Source of the DNA: Gammaproteobacteria bacterium
GTDB lineage: Bacteria > Pseudomonadota > Gammaproteobacteria > JBCCGL01
Reading direction: 5' to 3'
DNA length: 64,000 nucleotides
Assembly (NCBI GenBank): GCA_965277715.1
Contig: OZ255836.1
Location: forward strand, 256,001-320,000
The notes beneath the pieces are model-generated. The model ran no database searches, had not been told where the DNA came from, and saw only the letters and a list, made by a program, of their open reading frames with translations. The translations under genes and the position numbers were made by a program. Below, in pieces: positions 60,184 through 64,000 of this stretch. The first letter of the stretch is position 1. Every line of letters starts with the position of its first letter.

Positions 60184-60370
60184 TCAAAACGTATAGAAAG
60201 TATTGAGAATCGCTTCGCGTTTGAGGTGCACGGGTAATTCCATTGCCTCCAGTGCTTTGCTTGAGGCGAGGTAGACTACCCGTACACCTTTACTGTTCCA
60301 GCGGCCACCGTGCAAAAAGGCGCCTTCACCGGATAGCATTTGCCCGGTTGATACTGCGTATTTGATTTGC
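60184..60370 (-). pseudogene. RES-domain toxin remnant
   Basis: SGEGA...GGRWNSKG..VVY.ASS..L...E..VH. Confidence 0.7.
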
Positions 60371-61327
60371 CTATCTCGACGTTGTCCGCAGTTTCTGTGG
60401 CGTAATATTGTAGTGATCGCGAAAGCACTTGGTGAAATGCGATTGTGTGGTGAAGCCTGTCGCAATGGCAATTTGCATCACCGACATTCCGGTTTCCAAC
60501 AGCATACTGCGTGCGTGTTGAATGCGGATTTTCATATAAAATTTTTGCGGTGTGCAGTGGCAGTATTTGTGGCAGAGCCTTTCCAGTTGGCGCAACGATA
60601 AGCCAATTTTCTGCGCTATCGCCATCGGGTTCAGTGGAAACTCGACGTTTTGTGTCATCAGCCGCACAGCCTCTGCCAATTTGGGGGATTTTCTGGCCAG
60701 TGCTAAGCGTTCGGCCAATTGCTGTTGATCCTGTGGGGTACGCATACGGTCGTGTTGAAAAAATACCGCTACACGTGAAGCCAGGTCCACGCCGTGGTGG
60801 TCACCAATAAGGTTTAAAATCATATCCATTGACGATGTACCGCCAGAGCTGGTCAGTCGATTGCGGTCAATTTCAAACAGGCTGTAGGATGTGTCCAGTG
60901 TGGGAAATGCCTCGACAAACGCGGGCATATCGTCCCAGTGGATCGTGCAACGATAGCCATCCAGCAATTTGGCATTGGCGAGCACAAAGGGGCCGGAACT
61001 GACCGCACCAACAACAATATTTCGGCTGGCTGCATTGCGTAACCAATGTAGAATAGATGGGCTTTTAACCTTGTGAGCGCCCACACCGGCGGTGACAAAC
61101 AGATAGTCGACATCGGCCGGTGCCTCGATGCTGGTATCGGGAACAATCTCGATATTGTGTTTGGACGAGATATTGTTCCCATCCGGTGAATACACTTTCC
61201 AGGTGTAGAGCAGTTCACCACTGAGCTGGTTCGCCGCTCGCAGTGGCTCGATGGTGGCGGTGAATGCCATCAGTGAAAAACCGGGGATGAGCAAGAAACC
61301 GAATGATCGGGGGGAACTGGGCTGCAT
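60371..61327 (-). CDS. GlxA-family AraC regulator (DJ-1/PfpI domain + HTH)
   Basis: EPLRAAN, CTIHW, LSLRQLERL, IAIATGF..QSHF.KCFR. Confidence 0.92.
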   Translation of the reverse strand: MQPSSPRSFGFLLIPGFSLMAFTATIEPLRAANQLSGELLYTWKVYSPDGNNISSKHNIEIVPDTSIEAPADVDYLFVTAGVGAHKVKSPSILHWLRNAASRNIVVGAVSSGPFVLANAKLLDGYRCTIHWDDMPAFVEAFPTLDTSYSLFEIDRNRLTSSGGTSSMDMILNLIGDHHGVDLASRVAVFFQHDRMRTPQDQQQLAERLALARKSPKLAEAVRLMTQNVEFPLNPMAIAQKIGLSLRQLERLCHKYCHCTPQKFYMKIRIQHARSMLLETGMSVMQIAIATGFTTQSHFTKCFRDHYNITPQKLRTTSR

Positions 61328-61438
61328 GGTTTTTCCGACGAAATAATCGATGAAGTCAATTCTGAATAATACGATAAAAAAAGTCGTTTAAAAAATAATT
61401 ACTGGCATATCAATAGTTTTTATTGAGGTTTTTATACG

Positions 61439-62713
61439 TTGCAAACACCGAACTGCGCTGCTCCCGCTTCCACGCCTACACCACTCGATGGCATCAGGGT
61501 GCTGGACTTAAGCCGTATTTTGGCGGGGCCAAGCTGCACCCAGCTATTGGGCGATCTGGGGGCCGATGTGATCAAAGTCGAGCGCCCTGATGTGGGCGAT
61601 GATACGCGTAGCTGGGGGCCGCCCTATATTAAAGATGTGGAGGGTGAAAACACCAGCGAAAGTGCTTATTACCTGTGCGCGAACCGTAACAAACGCTCGA
61701 TTGCTATCGATATTACCCGCCCCGAAGGGCAATCACTGATTTGTGATTTATTGGCACATTGCGATGTGTTGGTGGAAAATTTTAAAGTCGGTGGGCTGCA
61801 AAAGTACACACTTGCCTATCCACAATTAAAGGCAGCATTTCCCGATCTGGTCTATTGCTCGATCACCGGGTTTGGTCAAACCGGGCCTTATGCCGCCCGC
61901 GCAGGCTACGATTTTATGATTCAGGGCATGGGCGGCGTGATGAGTTTGACAGGAGAGCCAAACGGTACGCCACAAAAAGTTGGTGTTGCGATTGCCGATA
62001 TTATGGCTGGCATGTATGCCAGCAATGCGATACTCGCCGCCTTACGGCACCGCGATAATGGCGGTGGCGGTCAGCATATCGACCTGTCGCTATTGGATAC
62101 ACAGCTAGCCTGGCTGATGAATACCGCGACCAATTACCTGACTTCCAACGAAGTACCCGCCCGCTACGGCAATGCACACCCGAATATTGTCCCTTATCAG
62201 GCATTTCCCACCGCTGATGGTTTTTTGATTCTGGCGATTGGCAACGACACGCAGTTTCAGAAGTTTTGTGGTTTTGCCGGGTGTACCGGGCTGGCTGAGG
62301 ATCAACGCTTTGCCAGCAACCCGTCACGCGTGGTCCATCGCGATACGCTGGTGCCGATGCTCAATAACATCATGCAGACAAAAACCTCACAGCAATGGTT
62401 GGATGGCCTGGAAAATCTTGGCGTGCCCTGCGGCCCTATAAACGATCTTGAGCAGGTGTTTAATGACCCACAGGTACAATACCGGGAAATGAAGCTGTCT
62501 ATATCGCATCCTTTGTCGGGAAAGGGGGTGGAATCACCCGCTGAACCCGGCACTATAGATTTAGTGGCAAACCCGATTCGATTTTCAGAAACACCTGTGC
62601 GTTACCGCCATCCACCGCCCACATTGGCACAGCATACAGATGAAATTCTTGAAACGTTATTGGGGATGGATAAAGCGCAACGTGAGCGGCTGAGGGCGTT
62701 AGATATTATTTGA
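61439..62713 (+). CDS. CaiB/BaiF family (class III) CoA transferase
   Basis: LDLSRILAGP, LGADVIKVE, GDDTR, NRNKRS, ENFK, CSITGFGQTGP. Confidence 0.95.
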   Translation: MQTPNCAAPASTPTPLDGIRVLDLSRILAGPSCTQLLGDLGADVIKVERPDVGDDTRSWGPPYIKDVEGENTSESAYYLCANRNKRSIAIDITRPEGQSLICDLLAHCDVLVENFKVGGLQKYTLAYPQLKAAFPDLVYCSITGFGQTGPYAARAGYDFMIQGMGGVMSLTGEPNGTPQKVGVAIADIMAGMYASNAILAALRHRDNGGGGQHIDLSLLDTQLAWLMNTATNYLTSNEVPARYGNAHPNIVPYQAFPTADGFLILAIGNDTQFQKFCGFAGCTGLAEDQRFASNPSRVVHRDTLVPMLNNIMQTKTSQQWLDGLENLGVPCGPINDLEQVFNDPQVQYREMKLSISHPLSGKGVESPAEPGTIDLVANPIRFSETPVRYRHPPPTLAQHTDEILETLLGMDKAQRERLRALDII

Positions 62714-63155
62714 GCGTAGTGGTCGTTACATTGGTTGTGTCAGTCTTTTGTTTAACTTGGTGTCTAATTATTTTACGGTAATTTTTTTTGGGTGAAACTT
62801 CAATCAAATCGACATACCCCTGTGATTAAGTGAGCAGACCACTAAGACCCTAAACGCTCCAGGAAACGTTTGCGCAGTGTTGAGCTTATTGTAGGGTGTA
62901 ACAGGTTTTGCTTTTATTACAGGTGGATTTTTTTTGTTATTTAAAGGTGTAGCGTTCTTATTATATTGAAAACGATAATGTTTTTGCTGTCCATAGCATC
63001 ACAAGCCAAACAATACCGTATCTGTGTGGCTCAGTCTAACGCTTATGGTGGTAGTTTGTAGCATAAGTTTGTTTGAGGGGGCTGGCGTCAGTGACCCGCT
63101 GCCAACCAGCTGTTAAAATAAGCGGATTTGATTGCGTAGTAATCTGAGAGACACT

Positions 63156-63881
63156 ATGGCTGGACACAGTAAATGGGCAAATATTCAACACCGCAAAGGC
63201 GCTCAGGATGCCAAGCGCGGTAAGTTGTTTACCCGGCTCATTCGGGAAATCACCATCGCGGCAAAAATGGGTGGTTCTGACCCGGCGTCAAACCCACGTT
63301 TGCGCCTGGCTATTGATAAAGCGCTGTCTGGCAATATGACCAAGGACACCATCGAACGGGCGGTCAAACGCGGTGCCGGTGAGCTCGAAGGGGTTAACTA
63401 CGAAGAGGTGCGCTATGAGGGTTACGGTACTGGGGGCGTTGCCATTATGGTCGACTGCCTCACGGATAACCGCAACCGCACCGTGGCTGAAGTGCGCCAT
63501 GCGTTCACAAAATACGGTGGCAATATGGGCACAGATGGCTCGGTGGCTTATCTGTTTGGCAAGATTGGGGTATTGGTATACCCACCGGGTAGCGATGAAG
63601 AGTTGATTATGGAGGCGGCGCTGGAGGCGGGAGCCGATGATGTGGTTGCACACGACGATGGTTCGGTGGAAGTGATCACTGATACGGAGCACTTTGTCGA
63701 TGTGAAGCAGGCTATTAGCCTGGATGCAGAACACGCAGAAGTGACCATGAAAGCCGCTACGGAAATAACCCTGGACGACGAACAGGCCGAAAAGCTATTG
63801 AGAATGCTCGATGCCATTGAAGAGCTTGATGATGTGCAGGATGTCTATACCAACGCCGATTTCCCCGATTCTGTACTGTAG
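63156..63881 (+). CDS. yebC: YebC/PmpR family protein
   Basis: [36 protein letters not shown]. Confidence 0.97.
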   Translation: MAGHSKWANIQHRKGAQDAKRGKLFTRLIREITIAAKMGGSDPASNPRLRLAIDKALSGNMTKDTIERAVKRGAGELEGVNYEEVRYEGYGTGGVAIMVDCLTDNRNRTVAEVRHAFTKYGGNMGTDGSVAYLFGKIGVLVYPPGSDEELIMEAALEAGADDVVAHDDGSVEVITDTEHFVDVKQAISLDAEHAEVTMKAATEITLDDEQAEKLLRMLDAIEELDDVQDVYTNADFPDSVL

Positions 63882-63889
63882 CCCGTTTA

Positions 63890-64000
63890 GTGGCCACTCC
63901 CCTTGTACGCATACTGGGCATCGACCCCGGCTCGGTTATCACCGGTTACGGCGTTATCCAGAGTGATGGAATGCGCAGCCAACATCTGTCGCACGGGCAT
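63890..64000 (+). CDS. ruvC: Holliday junction resolvase, 5' part (runs off the window)
   Basis: Manual translation MATPLVRILGIDPGSVITGYGVI, directly after yebC. Confidence 0.93.
   Translation, partial: MATPLVRILGIDPGSVITGYGVIQSDGMRSQHLSHGH

Noticed and set aside
62714-63155. AT-rich intergenic region as a possible ncRNA or riboswitch
   Set aside because: I could not identify a convincing structure or known motif by eye.
30241-63942. Numerous short ORFs antisense to or overlapping flagellar, add, pot, CoA-transferase and yebC genes
   Set aside because: These are shadow ORFs of well-supported genes with no recognisable motifs.

Overview
Gammaproteobacterial chromosomal window showing heavy IS proliferation and many pseudogenes. 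1-27.3 kb is an accessory island: a broken-up array of orphan Rhs C-terminal toxin/immunity cassettes plus a SymE remnant, a dif-like Xer site, a class III nucleotide cyclase-TPR gene and an XRE-ImmA/IrrE two-gene module. It is riddled with IS4, IS3, IS66, ISL3, ISNCY and IS110 elements. The island ends at a tRNA-Ile2(CAU) gene that is cut at its anticodon loop, with a complete second tRNA-Ile2 118 bp away, next to a 5'-truncated rpoD. A family of GGGGTCA/TGACCCC (and GGACAGGCA) REP-like repeats lies at most breakpoints and is the insertion site of several IS. One of these is an IS1111-type IS110 whose 3' non-coding bridge/seek RNA visibly encodes that repeat as its target. 30-38.8 kb holds fleS-fleR-fliEFGHIJ. 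38.8-49 kb holds TA modules, IS remnants, a RAYT-like remnant and pseudogenes. 49-64 kb holds an AddB/AddA-like pair, a polyamine-type ABC transporter, a GlxA-type regulator, a CoA transferase, yebC and the start of ruvC. All calls come from reading the sequence by eye; no database searches were run.
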